DNA of 64,000 bases from a virus (taxonomy: Duplodnaviria; Heunggongvirae; Uroviricota; Caudoviricetes). The translations under genes and the position numbers were made by a program. Each line of letters opens with the position of its first letter. The first letter of the stretch is position 1. Positions 10,702 through 20,484 of the stretch are shown in pieces. The stretch lies in IMG/VR virus record IMGVR_UViG_3300011115_000934, positions 33,983 to 97,982 of that record. The stretch is one strand, 5' to 3'. A model generated the notes under the pieces. That model saw only the letters and a program-made list of their open reading frames with translations. It searched no databases and was not told the origin of the DNA.

Positions 10702-12177
10702 ATGTCAAACAAAGATTTATTAAAGCAAGCTATTGCCGAAGCGAAAACTATTCGTGAAGCTGCAATTGCCAATGCTAAAGAAGCTTTAGAAGAAACATTG
10801 ACTCCTCACTTAAAAGAAATGCTTGCTCAAAAATTGCAAGAAATGGAAGATGCAGATGATGAGACAGTGGATGAAACTATTAACAACGCCGAAGCCGAAA
10901 GCTATTCTGAAAATCCATCAAAACATGGTAATTTAGAAGAAGCAGAAGAAGAGGAAGAGGAAGCTGAAGAAGAAGAAACTCCTGAAGAAGGAGAAGAAGG
11001 TGAAGAAGAAGAGGAATTAGAAATCGAAGACATGTCTGTTGAAGATTTAAAAGACCTAATCAGAGACATCGTTGCACAGGAAGTAGGTAATGACGAAGAA
11101 GCAGAAATTGAAACTGGTGAGGAGTCTGAGGACGATATGACTAGTGTAGATGATTCAGAAGAAATCGACATTAACGAATTATTAGCAGAATTAGAAGGAA
11201 TGGACGAATCATCTTACACCAAGAACCCAAAAGACTCAGACAAAAGTGGAGCTAATGATGGATTTACAAATCCTTCAAAAAGAACACCAGCAAACTCTAA
11301 ACATGGAAACACTTATCAAGCAGGTGCTGGTCATAAGCCAGGAAGAGAAACCTACACAAACGAAGGTGAAGAAGTAAATGAGGATTTACAAGCAGACGTA
11401 AAAGCTTTAGCCGCTAAGTACGGTCAAGCATTTGATGCTTGGATTACAAAAACTGGAGAAAAAATTCACGGTGGTCAAGGATTAGGTCTTACTAAAGGTG
11501 CATTCAAAGAAACAGTAAATGAGGACTTGAAGGCAGACATGGAAGCTTTAGCTAGTAAATATGGAAAAGCTTTTGATGCTTGGATTACAAAAACTGGAGA
11601 AAAGATTCATGGTGGTCAAGGATTAGGACTTACTAAAGGTGCATTTAAAGAAACAGTAAATGAAGATCTAAAACAAGACGTAGAAGCTTTAGCCGCTAAG
11701 TACGGAAAAGCATTTGAAGATTGGATTACAAGAACTGGAGAAAGGATTCATGGTGGTCAAGGATTAGGTCTTAATAAACCATCTAGAGGTATCGGAATGG
11801 AAGAAGAAGTATCTGAAGAATTAAACGAAGCTTTAAAAGCAGTTAGAATTCTAAGAAATCAACTTCAAGAAGTTAATCTTTTAAATGCAAAATTACTTTA
11901 TGTAAATAAAGTATTCAAATCAACTAATTTATCTGAAGGTCAAAAAGTAAATGTTATCGCAGCATTTGACAAAGCCGAAACAGTTAAAGAAGTAAAATTA
12001 GTTTTCGAAACAGTTTCTAAAAATGTAGTTGCTAAACCAGCTGCATTAAAAGAGCACAGATCTTTTGCTTCTAAAGCAACAGGTAACGCACAAACAACTG
12101 CACCAAAAGAAATCTTATCAGAAGTATCTGAGCAAGTTCAAAGATGGCAGAAGTTAGCAGGAATCATTAAATCATAA
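10702..12177 (+). CDS. gp22: Prohead core scaffold protein (gp22-like)
   Basis: Highly acidic, helical ORF directly upstream of the major capsid gene; C-terminal EVNLLNAKLLYVNK...RWQKLAGI. Confidence 0.8.
   Translation: MSNKDLLKQAIAEAKTIREAAIANAKEALEETLTPHLKEMLAQKLQEMEDADDETVDETINNAEAESYSENPSKHGNLEEAEEEEEEAEEEETPEEGEEGEEEEELEIEDMSVEDLKDLIRDIVAQEVGNDEEAEIETGEESEDDMTSVDDSEEIDINELLAELEGMDESSYTKNPKDSDKSGANDGFTNPSKRTPANSKHGNTYQAGAGHKPGRETYTNEGEEVNEDLQADVKALAAKYGQAFDAWITKTGEKIHGGQGLGLTKGAFKETVNEDLKADMEALASKYGKAFDAWITKTGEKIHGGQGLGLTKGAFKETVNEDLKQDVEALAAKYGKAFEDWITRTGERIHGGQGLGLNKPSRGIGMEEEVSEELNEALKAVRILRNQLQEVNLLNAKLLYVNKVFKSTNLSEGQKVNVIAAFDKAETVKEVKLVFETVSKNVVAKPAALKEHRSFASKATGNAQTTAPKEILSEVSEQVQRWQKLAGIIKS
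11374..11772 (+). repeat. Three tandem 141-nt (47-aa) in-frame repeats inside the scaffold gene
   Basis: AAT-GAG/GAA anchors at 11377, 11518 and 11659. Unit is VNEDLQADVKALAAKYGQAFDAWITKTGEKIHGGQGLGLTKGAFKET; the third copy diverges at its end. Confidence 0.95.
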
Positions 12178-12201
12178 AAATAAAAAACAAAAAACAACCA
12201 A

Positions 12202-13815
12202 ATGGAATTAAATCAATTATTCGAAGGTTCAAATAACTACAAGTCTTTACAAGCTGACGCAGCTCGTTTGTCTGGTAAATGGGCCAAATCAGGTTTGTTA
12301 GAAGGAATTTCTAACGAAATCGAAAGAAACAACATGGCTATGATTCTTGAGAATCAAGCAAAACAAATTGTATCTGAGGTATCTAACACAGGTAACGGTG
12401 CAATCGGAACAACTTCAGGTAATGCTGCAGGTGGTGCTGAGCAGTGGGCAGGTGTTGCTTTACCATTAGTACGTAAAGTATTCGCTCAAATCGCAGCTAA
12501 AGATTTCGTATCTGTACAACCAATGAACTTACCTTCAGGTCTTGTATTTTACTTAGACTTTAAATACGGTACTGCAACTGGTGGTAGAACTGCAGGTGAG
12601 AACATCTACGGTAACGTTTCTACAGCTAACTCTAAAATAGCAGTAGATAGTGAAGTATCAGGAGGTTTATATGGAGCAGGTCAGTTTGGATACTCAATTA
12701 ACCAAACATCTTCTGTTGTTCCAACTATTACAAACGGAACTGCAACTTCAGCTTCTATAGGATATCAAGATGGAATAAACCCAGCTTCTTTCAAAACTGC
12801 TGCAATCGCAATAACAAGCCTTTCAGGATCTGACATAGAGGCAGTTAGAGCCTTTAGATTATTGTCAGCATCAGTAGATGTAACAACTAACCCTGAATTA
12901 ACATTTGTTTCTAGTTCAGCAGGTGTCAACTTCGTAGTATTTGTTTCTTCTACAATAGGAGCAGCAGCTACTATTACAACTCCTAACGTTAGATTTACAA
13001 AACAACCACTTGACACTACAAGAGGTGACTTTGAAGATACAGGAGCTTCTACAGGATTCGGTAACATTACCATCCCAGAAATCAACGTATCTCTTGCTTC
13101 TGAAGCAATTGTTGCGAAAACAAGAAAATTAAAAGCACAATGGACTCCTGAGTTCGCACAAGATTTGAATGCTTACCACTCAATTGATGCTGAAGCAGAA
13201 TTAACTTCATTATTATCTGAATACATCTCTATGGAGATTGACTTAGAATTAATGGATATGTTGATTCAAGATGCAGCTACAACTGAAAGATGGTCAGCAG
13301 CAAACAACAAAACTTGGACAGGAACAGCTTGGTCTACTACAGCATCAGCTTTCTACAACACTCAAGGTCAATGGTTTGGAACTTTAGGTACTAAAGTACA
13401 AAAAGTATCTAACAAAATTCACCAAAAAACTTTAAGAGGTGGAGCTAACTTCTTAGTATGTTCTCCAACTGTAGCTACAATCTTGGAATCAATCCCTGGA
13501 TATGCAGCAGATACAAATGGTGATAAAATGGACTTCGCAATGGGAGTTCAAAAAGTAGGTAACTTGAATTCTCGTTTCAGAGTTTACAAAAACCCTTACA
13601 TGACTGAAAACGTAATCTTATTAGGATACAGAGGATCTCAATTCTTGGAAACTGGTGCAGTTTATGCTCCTTACATTCCATTAATCATGACTCCACTTGT
13701 ATACGATCCAGTTACCTTCACACCAAGAAAAGGTATCATGACTCGTTACGCTAAGAAAATGATTAGACCAGAATTCTATGGTAAAATCTTCGTATCAGAT
13801 ATCACTACAGTGTAA
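12202..13815 (+). CDS. gp23: Major capsid protein (T4 gp23-like)
   Basis: VQPMNLPSGLVFYL, TRKLKAQWTPEFAQDLNAYH, AVYAPYIPL, PRKGIMTRY motifs. Confidence 0.96.
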   Translation: MELNQLFEGSNNYKSLQADAARLSGKWAKSGLLEGISNEIERNNMAMILENQAKQIVSEVSNTGNGAIGTTSGNAAGGAEQWAGVALPLVRKVFAQIAAKDFVSVQPMNLPSGLVFYLDFKYGTATGGRTAGENIYGNVSTANSKIAVDSEVSGGLYGAGQFGYSINQTSSVVPTITNGTATSASIGYQDGINPASFKTAAIAITSLSGSDIEAVRAFRLLSASVDVTTNPELTFVSSSAGVNFVVFVSSTIGAAATITTPNVRFTKQPLDTTRGDFEDTGASTGFGNITIPEINVSLASEAIVAKTRKLKAQWTPEFAQDLNAYHSIDAEAELTSLLSEYISMEIDLELMDMLIQDAATTERWSAANNKTWTGTAWSTTASAFYNTQGQWFGTLGTKVQKVSNKIHQKTLRGGANFLVCSPTVATILESIPGYAADTNGDKMDFAMGVQKVGNLNSRFRVYKNPYMTENVILLGYRGSQFLETGAVYAPYIPLIMTPLVYDPVTFTPRKGIMTRYAKKMIRPEFYGKIFVSDITTV

Positions 13816-13835
13816 TCTAACTTAGAATAGAAATT

Positions 13836-13863
13836 AAAGAGAGCTTCGGCTCTCTTTTTTTTT
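13836..13863 (+). terminator. Rho-independent terminator after the major capsid gene
   Basis: AAAGAGAGC-TTCG-GCTCTCTTT plus T tract. Confidence 0.92.
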
Positions 13864-13910
13864 ATACAAACATTTCGTATATTTATTAGAAACAAATACA
13901 GTTTATATAC

Positions 13911-14597
13911 ATGGGATCTAATCACCACACCGATGAAGTTTTCACTCCAAAGAGAAAACCAAAAAATCCAATTAAGTTCCAACTCCAACTTAATGAAGAA
14001 CAAAAATTAGCAAAAGCACTTATTATTGAAAACCCAGTAGTCGTTCTAAAGGGAATGGCAGGTTCGGGAAAAACCTTAGTAGCAGTACAAGCAGCCCTTG
14101 ATATGCTATTCTGTAAAGAGGTAGAAAAGATTGTTATAACAAGACCTACCGTTGCTAAAGAAGAACTAGGGTTTCTACCAGGCGATCTTAAAGAAAAGAT
14201 GGATCCTTGGTTGGCACCAATTTATCACAACTTATATATGCTTTATGGAAAAGATAAAGTAGATAAGGAATTAGAACAAGGACATATCGAAATTGTACCA
14301 TTTGCATTTATGAGAGGTAGAACATTTGTTAACTCTTTTGTAATAGTAGATGAGGCTCAGAACGTTACTCAAGACCAAATGGAAACAGTATTGGGGAGAC
14401 TTGGTAAAGGATCCAAAATGGTAATCTGTGGAGATTTAGCTCAAATAGATTTAAAAATAAAAAAGGAAACAGGATTTTCTTTTCTAACAAGAGTTGAAGA
14501 ACAAGTAAAAGGATTTAAGATATTTGCTCTAAAAGCCAATCACAGACATGAGATCGTTTCACCTATTTTAAAAGTGTACCAAGACTTCAGGGATTAA
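13911..14597 (+). CDS. phoH: PhoH-family ATPase
   Basis: GMAGSGKT, ITRP, LGFLPGDLKEKMDPW, FMRGRTF, IVDEAQN, GDLAQID, HRH motifs. Confidence 0.95.
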   Translation: MGSNHHTDEVFTPKRKPKNPIKFQLQLNEEQKLAKALIIENPVVVLKGMAGSGKTLVAVQAALDMLFCKEVEKIVITRPTVAKEELGFLPGDLKEKMDPWLAPIYHNLYMLYGKDKVDKELEQGHIEIVPFAFMRGRTFVNSFVIVDEAQNVTQDQMETVLGRLGKGSKMVICGDLAQIDLKIKKETGFSFLTRVEEQVKGFKIFALKANHRHEIVSPILKVYQDFRD

Positions 14598-14629
14598 AGT
14601 AAACTGCTATTTATACATAAAAGATATCA

Positions 14630-15028
14630 ATGGCTGCAGGAATATACAATTTTACAATAGAACAAGGAACTACAGTAGACTTTGAGGTACAGTATAAAGA
14701 CTCAAATTTAGTACCTGTAGATCTAAGTGCCTACACTGGTAGAATGCAAATACGATCTACCTATGCAGATAACCAACCAACAACATACATTACTCTATCA
14801 AGCTCACGAGCACCTGATGGAACAGGTTTAAATTTTAGTGGAAGTGCTGCAAGAGGATTGAAACCACCTACAAGTGGTTCAATTGGAGTATACATATTGG
14901 CAGCATCTTCATCCGCTCTTAACTTTGCAAAAGCAAAGTACGACTTAGAATTATACTCAGGAAGCTTCGCAGTAAGATTGTTAGAAGGAACAGTAACACT
15001 AGATAAGGAAGTAACTCGAGTACCATGA
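14630..15028 (+). CDS. Putative structural protein (fibre adaptor-like)
   Basis: YNFTIEQGT...KYDLEL...RLLEG pattern typical of small proteins preceding phage tail fibres; TATTTATA at 14608. Confidence 0.55.
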   Translation: MAAGIYNFTIEQGTTVDFEVQYKDSNLVPVDLSAYTGRMQIRSTYADNQPTTYITLSSSRAPDGTGLNFSGSAARGLKPPTSGSIGVYILAASSSALNFAKAKYDLELYSGSFAVRLLEGTVTLDKEVTRVP

Positions 15029-17118
15029 TAGTAAACGTATTAACAGACGATGGAACTACTGTAGAAATAATTCAAGGTGGTTTACCTAACGTTGTAGAAG
15101 TTTTTCAATCTGCAGCACCACAGGTTGTAGAAATAGTTACGGCTGGACCTCAAGGACCTCAAGGACCAGCAGGAGCCACTGCTAGTACAGCATCCTTTGT
15201 AACAACTGCATCTTTCAATTCATATACAGGTTCAAGTACATCTCAATTTGCAGGTACTTCGTCATTTGCAACAACTGCTTCCTATGTACTAGGAGGTGGT
15301 GGAACTGGAGCAGGATTCCCATACTCAGGTTCAGCAGTCATAACAGGTTCATTAGCAATAACAGGATCATTAAGGGTAACTCAAGGAATAACAGGTTCTT
15401 TATTTGGAACTGCATCAACAGCAACTACTGCATCTTTTGCATTGACATCGTCAAACATTTCACCTGCTATAGCAAATAATATAAATAATTTAATACTAAC
15501 AGCAACAGGTGGAGGTACTATAAATGGTGAAAGTAATTTAAGATTTGACGGAACTACACTTGTAGCGAATTCAAACTTTCAACAAGGAGGTGATGTAACA
15601 GCAACTGGAGGATACTCACATGCTGAAGGAGGAGGAGGTACAGTAGCATCAGGAGACTATTCACATGCAGAAGGAGAGAGCACACAAGCAATAGGACGAT
15701 CTTCACACGCTGAAGGTAATAGCACAGTGGCATCAGGGAGTTGGCAACACGTACAAGGAGCTTATAACATATCTTCATCAGCTCAATCAGCTTTTATAAT
15801 AGGTAATGGTACATCAAATACAGCTAGATCAAACTTAGTATTTGCTTCTGGAAGTACTTTTCAGGTAACAGGATCATTACGAGTATCAGGCTCAATAACA
15901 GGATCACTATTTGGAACTGCTTCAAGAGCAGTATCAAGTTCATATGCTTTAAATGCTACCAATGCAACAAGTGCTTCAGACATCTCACCTGCTATTACAA
16001 ATAACCAAGACAACTATTTACTAACAGCAACAGGTGGAGGTACAATAAACGGTGAATACCAGCTAACGTTTGATGGAACTAGATTCATAGCTTATTCATC
16101 ATTTCAACAAGGAAATAGTACAGACGCAAGTGGAAACTATTCCAATGCTCAAGGAAGTTCAACAAAAGCTGAAGGAGTTAGCTCGCATGCAGAAGGAAGA
16201 AGTACCTCTGCAACAGGAGACTATTCACATGCAGAAGGATATAGTGCAAGAACGTATAGAGGCTATTCACATGCAGAAGGAAATCGTGCAAGATCTTATG
16301 GTAGCTACTCACATGCTGAAGGACAAGAAACTGAGACAGGAATTACAACTGCCTTTAAGTCAACAGTATCATCAGGAGTTTTTACTATTGAATCAGGATA
16401 TGGGGATATAACAAGTATCTTTACAATAGGAAACACACTAATATCAGATGACTCAGAGTATGATGCTTTATATGGAAAACAGCTATATACAATATCAGCT
16501 GTAGATTGGAACGGTACAAATACTATAATTACAATTACAGATAACTCAATTAATACATCTTATTCAAATATAGGAGATATTAGTTACATATTTCAATGGA
16601 AAGATTATAACGGTAACAAAACAATCTCTGGAGAAGCTTCACATACAGAAGGATATTTTACACAAGCAGTAGGAAAGAGTTCACATGCTGAAGGAAACGG
16701 TACAATGGCACTAGGAGATTATCAACATGTACAGGGTCAATTCAACATACCACTTACAACACCATCTTCTTTTATTCATGGAAATGGTACAGATAATGCA
16801 AATAGATCAAACTTAATACATGCACATGATTCTACAGTAGAGATAACAGGATCTTTAATAGTAACAGATACAATAACTGGAAATTTAACAGGAACAGCCA
16901 CAAATGCGACAAATGCAGATAATGCTACAAATGCTGCAAATGCAACTCAAGCAGTAAGTGCTTCTTTTGCAGTATCATCTTCAAGAGCAATATCGAGTTC
17001 TTTTGCAACAACAGCTTCATTTGCAGCTACAGCATCTTTTGCTTTAAATGCAGGAGGTGGTGGAATAGATTTAGGACTAGTACAAGCATTCTCAGTAGGA
17101 TTACAAAATATATTTTAA
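15025..17118 (+). CDS. Tail fibre / adhesin-like protein with YadA-head-like SHAEG repeats
   Basis: Short collagen-like GPQGPQGPAG, about 10 (S/Y)SHAEG repeats, duplicated SPAI..N..N..LTATGGGTINGE module, many S/T/A-rich TAS(F/Y)A repeats. Confidence 0.75.
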   Translation: MIVNVLTDDGTTVEIIQGGLPNVVEVFQSAAPQVVEIVTAGPQGPQGPAGATASTASFVTTASFNSYTGSSTSQFAGTSSFATTASYVLGGGGTGAGFPYSGSAVITGSLAITGSLRVTQGITGSLFGTASTATTASFALTSSNISPAIANNINNLILTATGGGTINGESNLRFDGTTLVANSNFQQGGDVTATGGYSHAEGGGGTVASGDYSHAEGESTQAIGRSSHAEGNSTVASGSWQHVQGAYNISSSAQSAFIIGNGTSNTARSNLVFASGSTFQVTGSLRVSGSITGSLFGTASRAVSSSYALNATNATSASDISPAITNNQDNYLLTATGGGTINGEYQLTFDGTRFIAYSSFQQGNSTDASGNYSNAQGSSTKAEGVSSHAEGRSTSATGDYSHAEGYSARTYRGYSHAEGNRARSYGSYSHAEGQETETGITTAFKSTVSSGVFTIESGYGDITSIFTIGNTLISDDSEYDALYGKQLYTISAVDWNGTNTIITITDNSINTSYSNIGDISYIFQWKDYNGNKTISGEASHTEGYFTQAVGKSSHAEGNGTMALGDYQHVQGQFNIPLTTPSSFIHGNGTDNANRSNLIHAHDSTVEITGSLIVTDTITGNLTGTATNATNADNATNAANATQAVSASFAVSSSRAISSSFATTASFAATASFALNAGGGGIDLGLVQAFSVGLQNIF

Positions 17119-17136
17119 TAAATTAAATAAAAAACA

Positions 17137-17559
17137 ATGGCAGTAAACACAGCACCAATATTCTCAGCAAAAGGAGCTATAGAATGGACAACGGTACAAA
17201 CATCAGCAAATACAACATATGACGGAACAATTGGTACACCAGCAATTGTATTTACAGCTTCCATAGATGGAGGATTTGTACAAAGACTAAGATTTAAAGC
17301 ATCAGGTTCAGCACAAGCAACTGTGGCTAGAGTTTTTATTAACAATGGGCAATCAACTGGATCGGCAGCAAACAACGTACTATTTGATGAAATTACACTA
17401 GCAGCTACTACTGCAACTCAAACAGCAGCTACAGTTGTTTACGAATTACCTCTAAACATTGCTCTACCAACAGGGTACAGAATTTTAACAACTTTAGGAA
17501 CAGTACAAACTACAGGTGGTTGGTATGCAGTAGCAGTTGGAGGATCCTACTCACTATAA
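17137..17559 (+). CDS. Putative tail-associated structural protein
   Basis: 140 aa beta-rich ORF (MAVNTAPIF) in the fibre cluster. Confidence 0.55.
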   Translation: MAVNTAPIFSAKGAIEWTTVQTSANTTYDGTIGTPAIVFTASIDGGFVQRLRFKASGSAQATVARVFINNGQSTGSAANNVLFDEITLAATTATQTAATVVYELPLNIALPTGYRILTTLGTVQTTGGWYAVAVGGSYSL

Positions 17560-17573
17560 TATAAATAAAAACT

Positions 17574-17753
17574 ATGAAATACTTATTAATGCAAAGCGAT
17601 GTAGAACCGTTTAATCAGTTCTATTATGTAGTAGATTCACAAGACGCAAACATCTTTATTAAAGCAACAGATTTAGAGTGCAATGAAATTTCATTACCAC
17701 CAGCTTTCAGTATTGTGGATCTAAATCCACAACAACCAACTTGTGCAGTTTAG
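17574..17753 (+). CDS. Small hypothetical protein (59 aa; absent from the ORF track)
   Basis: Manually translated MKYLLMQSDVEPFNQFYYVVD...PQQPTCAV*; fills the gap between genes and has an A-rich start context. Confidence 0.6.
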   Translation: MKYLLMQSDVEPFNQFYYVVDSQDANIFIKATDLECNEISLPPAFSIVDLNPQQPTCAV

Positions 17754-17762
17754 TAAAAAAAT

Positions 17763-18647
17763 ATGTTAGATATATCTCACATACCTTCTCAACAACAATC
17801 TACCTTTATACTTTACACTACAGGTGACTGGCAAACCTTTGTAAAACCTCGTAATGCAAAATTTATAGAAATATTTTGTTTAGGTGGAGGTGGTGGTGGG
17901 GGACACTGCACTATAAATGCTGCAGGTTCTGCAGGAGCTGGAGCAGGAGGTTCATCAGGAATTGTAAGAGGAATTATTCCTGCATTTCTACTACCGGATA
18001 CTTTATATATCCAAGTTGGAAAAGGAGGAGCCGGTGCTAAAACTAGTGGTGGTGGTGGTAGTACTGGAGGGATTAGCTATGTAGGATTGCAACCATCAAT
18101 ATCCGAACAAACTCTTGTTTGTAAATCATCAACTACAGGAGCTACAGGCGGACTAGCATCAGGAACAGCAGGCTCTGCAGGTTCAGTATCAGTACCAGCA
18201 TTATCTGCATTTGGTAATTTGGGACTATTTACAGCTATTATAGGAATTAATGGAAACAGTGGAGGTAACAATACAGGCACAGGAGGAACATCACAAACAG
18301 CATTAGCCTCTAACATAATAACAGGAGGAGCAGGTGGTGGTGGAAAAACCGCATCTGTATTTGGAGGTGGAGGTAGTATAGATCCAGCTACAGTTATATT
18401 AACTTCAATTGTAAAAGGTGGAATAGCATCAGGAGAAGATGGAGCAAGTGGATATGGAACTTTACAACCTTTTTGTGGAACAGGAGGATCCGGAGGAGCC
18501 GGCAGATCAGGGACAACTTTAGCAGGCGGAAAAGGTGGAAATGGATTCTACGGATGTGGCGGCGGTGGAGGCGGTGGGGCTTCTACTACTGGAGGGTTTG
18601 GTGGTGATGGTGGAGACGGAATAGTAATAATAACAGTTATATCATGA
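17763..18647 (+). CDS. Glycine-rich tail-fibre-associated protein, paralogue 1
   Basis: WQTFVKPRNAKF...GGGGGGG and C-terminal GGDGGDGIVIITV. Confidence 0.7.
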   Translation: MLDISHIPSQQQSTFILYTTGDWQTFVKPRNAKFIEIFCLGGGGGGGHCTINAAGSAGAGAGGSSGIVRGIIPAFLLPDTLYIQVGKGGAGAKTSGGGGSTGGISYVGLQPSISEQTLVCKSSTTGATGGLASGTAGSAGSVSVPALSAFGNLGLFTAIIGINGNSGGNNTGTGGTSQTALASNIITGGAGGGGKTASVFGGGGSIDPATVILTSIVKGGIASGEDGASGYGTLQPFCGTGGSGGAGRSGTTLAGGKGGNGFYGCGGGGGGGASTTGGFGGDGGDGIVIITVIS

Positions 18648-19510
18648 TAGACGTTTCATATTTTCAAACAAATAACGCTAACACACAAATATTTCAAAAT
18701 GGTGATACTTGGCAAACTTGGATAAAACCAAGAAATGCTAAAACAGTAAACTTCTTTGTTGTAGGAGCAGGTTCCGGTGGTGGAGGTGGATTCGTAGCTG
18801 CTGCTGGAAATAAAAGCGGTGGACAAGGAGGTTCTAATGGTGGTAATGTAAAACTAATACTACAAGCATCTCTTCTACCAGACATATTATATATTATTCC
18901 AGGAACTGGAGGAGCAGGTGGTATAGGAGGTAATCCTTCAACAGCAGGAGGAGCAGCAACTAAATCATTCGTATGCCTAACACCAGATACTGGAAGCGTT
19001 TCAAATATAGTCTGTACTTCAGGAAATGCAGCAGCAACAGGTGGTACAGGTGGATCTACATTAACTGCAACAGGTGGAGTTGGAGAAACCATAGCCACGA
19101 CTGCAAATATGATATTTGTAAATTTAGGAAATTTTATAGCAACAGCAGGTACTGCGGGGTCCTCTGGAGGATTAACTACTGGTGGAAATAATGGAGTTGT
19201 TGCATTCATGGTACCAGGTTCAGGCGGTGGAGGTTCATCCACAGCAGGTGGAAACCCGTCTGCTGCGGCAGGACCATTCCCTTTACAATCAGGAGCTACA
19301 ACTGCCACAGGTCCAAAAAACGGATTAATATTCTACAAACCTATTTTTGGATTAGTAGGAGGAGTTGGTGGAGGTGGAGGAACCACAGGAGTAAACGGCG
19401 GAAACGGAGCACCAGGATGTGGTGGTGGTGGAGGTGGAGCAGGAACCACATCAGCAGGAAATGGTGGAAGAGGTGGAGACGGATTCGTTATAATAACTAC
19501 AAACTTTTAA
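18644..19510 (+). CDS. Glycine-rich tail-fibre-associated protein, paralogue 2
   Basis: WQTWIKPRNAK...GAGSGGGGG and C-terminal GRGGDGFVIIT. Confidence 0.7.
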   Translation: MIDVSYFQTNNANTQIFQNGDTWQTWIKPRNAKTVNFFVVGAGSGGGGGFVAAAGNKSGGQGGSNGGNVKLILQASLLPDILYIIPGTGGAGGIGGNPSTAGGAATKSFVCLTPDTGSVSNIVCTSGNAAATGGTGGSTLTATGGVGETIATTANMIFVNLGNFIATAGTAGSSGGLTTGGNNGVVAFMVPGSGGGGSSTAGGNPSAAAGPFPLQSGATTATGPKNGLIFYKPIFGLVGGVGGGGGTTGVNGGNGAPGCGGGGGGAGTTSAGNGGRGGDGFVIITTNF

Positions 19511-19513
19511 TTT

Positions 19514-20416
19514 ATGTTAGATTTATCTCATATACCAAGTAATCAAGAAAATATAAAAGTATTCTACTCAAATGGAATTACAAATGCCTGGCAAACTTGG
19601 CAAAAGCCAAGAAAATGTCAATATGTTTGGATAATGTGTATTGGAGGTGCAGGTGGTGGTGGTGGAGGAACTTCGGGTGGTTTTCCATATTCAACAGGAG
19701 GAGGATCAGGAGCAGTAACGAGAGCTTTATTTAATGCAGCACACTTACCCAATACACTATATGTGCAAGTAGGTTTAGGTGGTGCAGGTGGACTAGAGGG
19801 GCTTAATGGATCATCAGGTACTAGAAGTAACATAAGTATCTTACCAAATACCACAGCAACAAATGTCGTATTAGCATCAGGCACTACAGCAGCCGTAGGA
19901 GGAAAAGGTGATGGGACAGCAACAAATGCTGCAGGAGAAACTGCATTTACTAGTGGTATAGGAGCTTTTGTAACTTTAGCTAATTTTATTTCAACAGCAG
20001 GAGTTACAGCAGTAGGAGTAGCATTGGCCCAAGCACCCGATTTAGTACCTTTTACTTCTCAAATAGTAACAGCAGGAGGTGGAGGTCCTAGTTATAATCC
20101 TCCATTACAACTAGCATTTAATGGTGCCTCAATATTATCGTCCAGCATTAGTTCACTAATCCCAGGAGGAGTGGGTACAAATACTTCAGGAAGTAATGCT
20201 ACAAATGGAGCAAATGGTATTACATCTTTTAATCCTTTTTTCTCAACAGGAGGAGCTGGTGGTGGAACCGCAGTAAGTGGTTCTGGAGGGAATGGTGGAC
20301 TTGGAGGAATAGGCTCAGGTGGTGGTGCTGGAGGGGCAGGAAACACATCTTTAGGATATACATCCGGAATAGGTGGGAAAGGTGGTGATGGTTTGGTTAT
20401 TATAGTATCGTTCTAG
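19514..20416 (+). CDS. Glycine-rich tail-fibre-associated protein, paralogue 3
   Basis: WQTWQKPRKC...GGAGGGGGG and C-terminal GKGGDGLVIIV. Confidence 0.7.
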   Translation: MLDLSHIPSNQENIKVFYSNGITNAWQTWQKPRKCQYVWIMCIGGAGGGGGGTSGGFPYSTGGGSGAVTRALFNAAHLPNTLYVQVGLGGAGGLEGLNGSSGTRSNISILPNTTATNVVLASGTTAAVGGKGDGTATNAAGETAFTSGIGAFVTLANFISTAGVTAVGVALAQAPDLVPFTSQIVTAGGGGPSYNPPLQLAFNGASILSSSISSLIPGGVGTNTSGSNATNGANGITSFNPFFSTGGAGGGTAVSGSGGNGGLGGIGSGGGAGGAGNTSLGYTSGIGGKGGDGLVIIVSF

Positions 20417-20484
20417 ATAGCAAACTTCAATAAAAACAAACTATTGGAATAGTTTGATATTTATAATAAAAATAAACATATAAC

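Noticed and set aside
15025-20416. Diversity-generating retroelement or invertible fibre cassette
   Set aside because: No reverse transcriptase or recombinase, no template/variable repeat pair differing at adenines, and no flanking inverted repeats seen.
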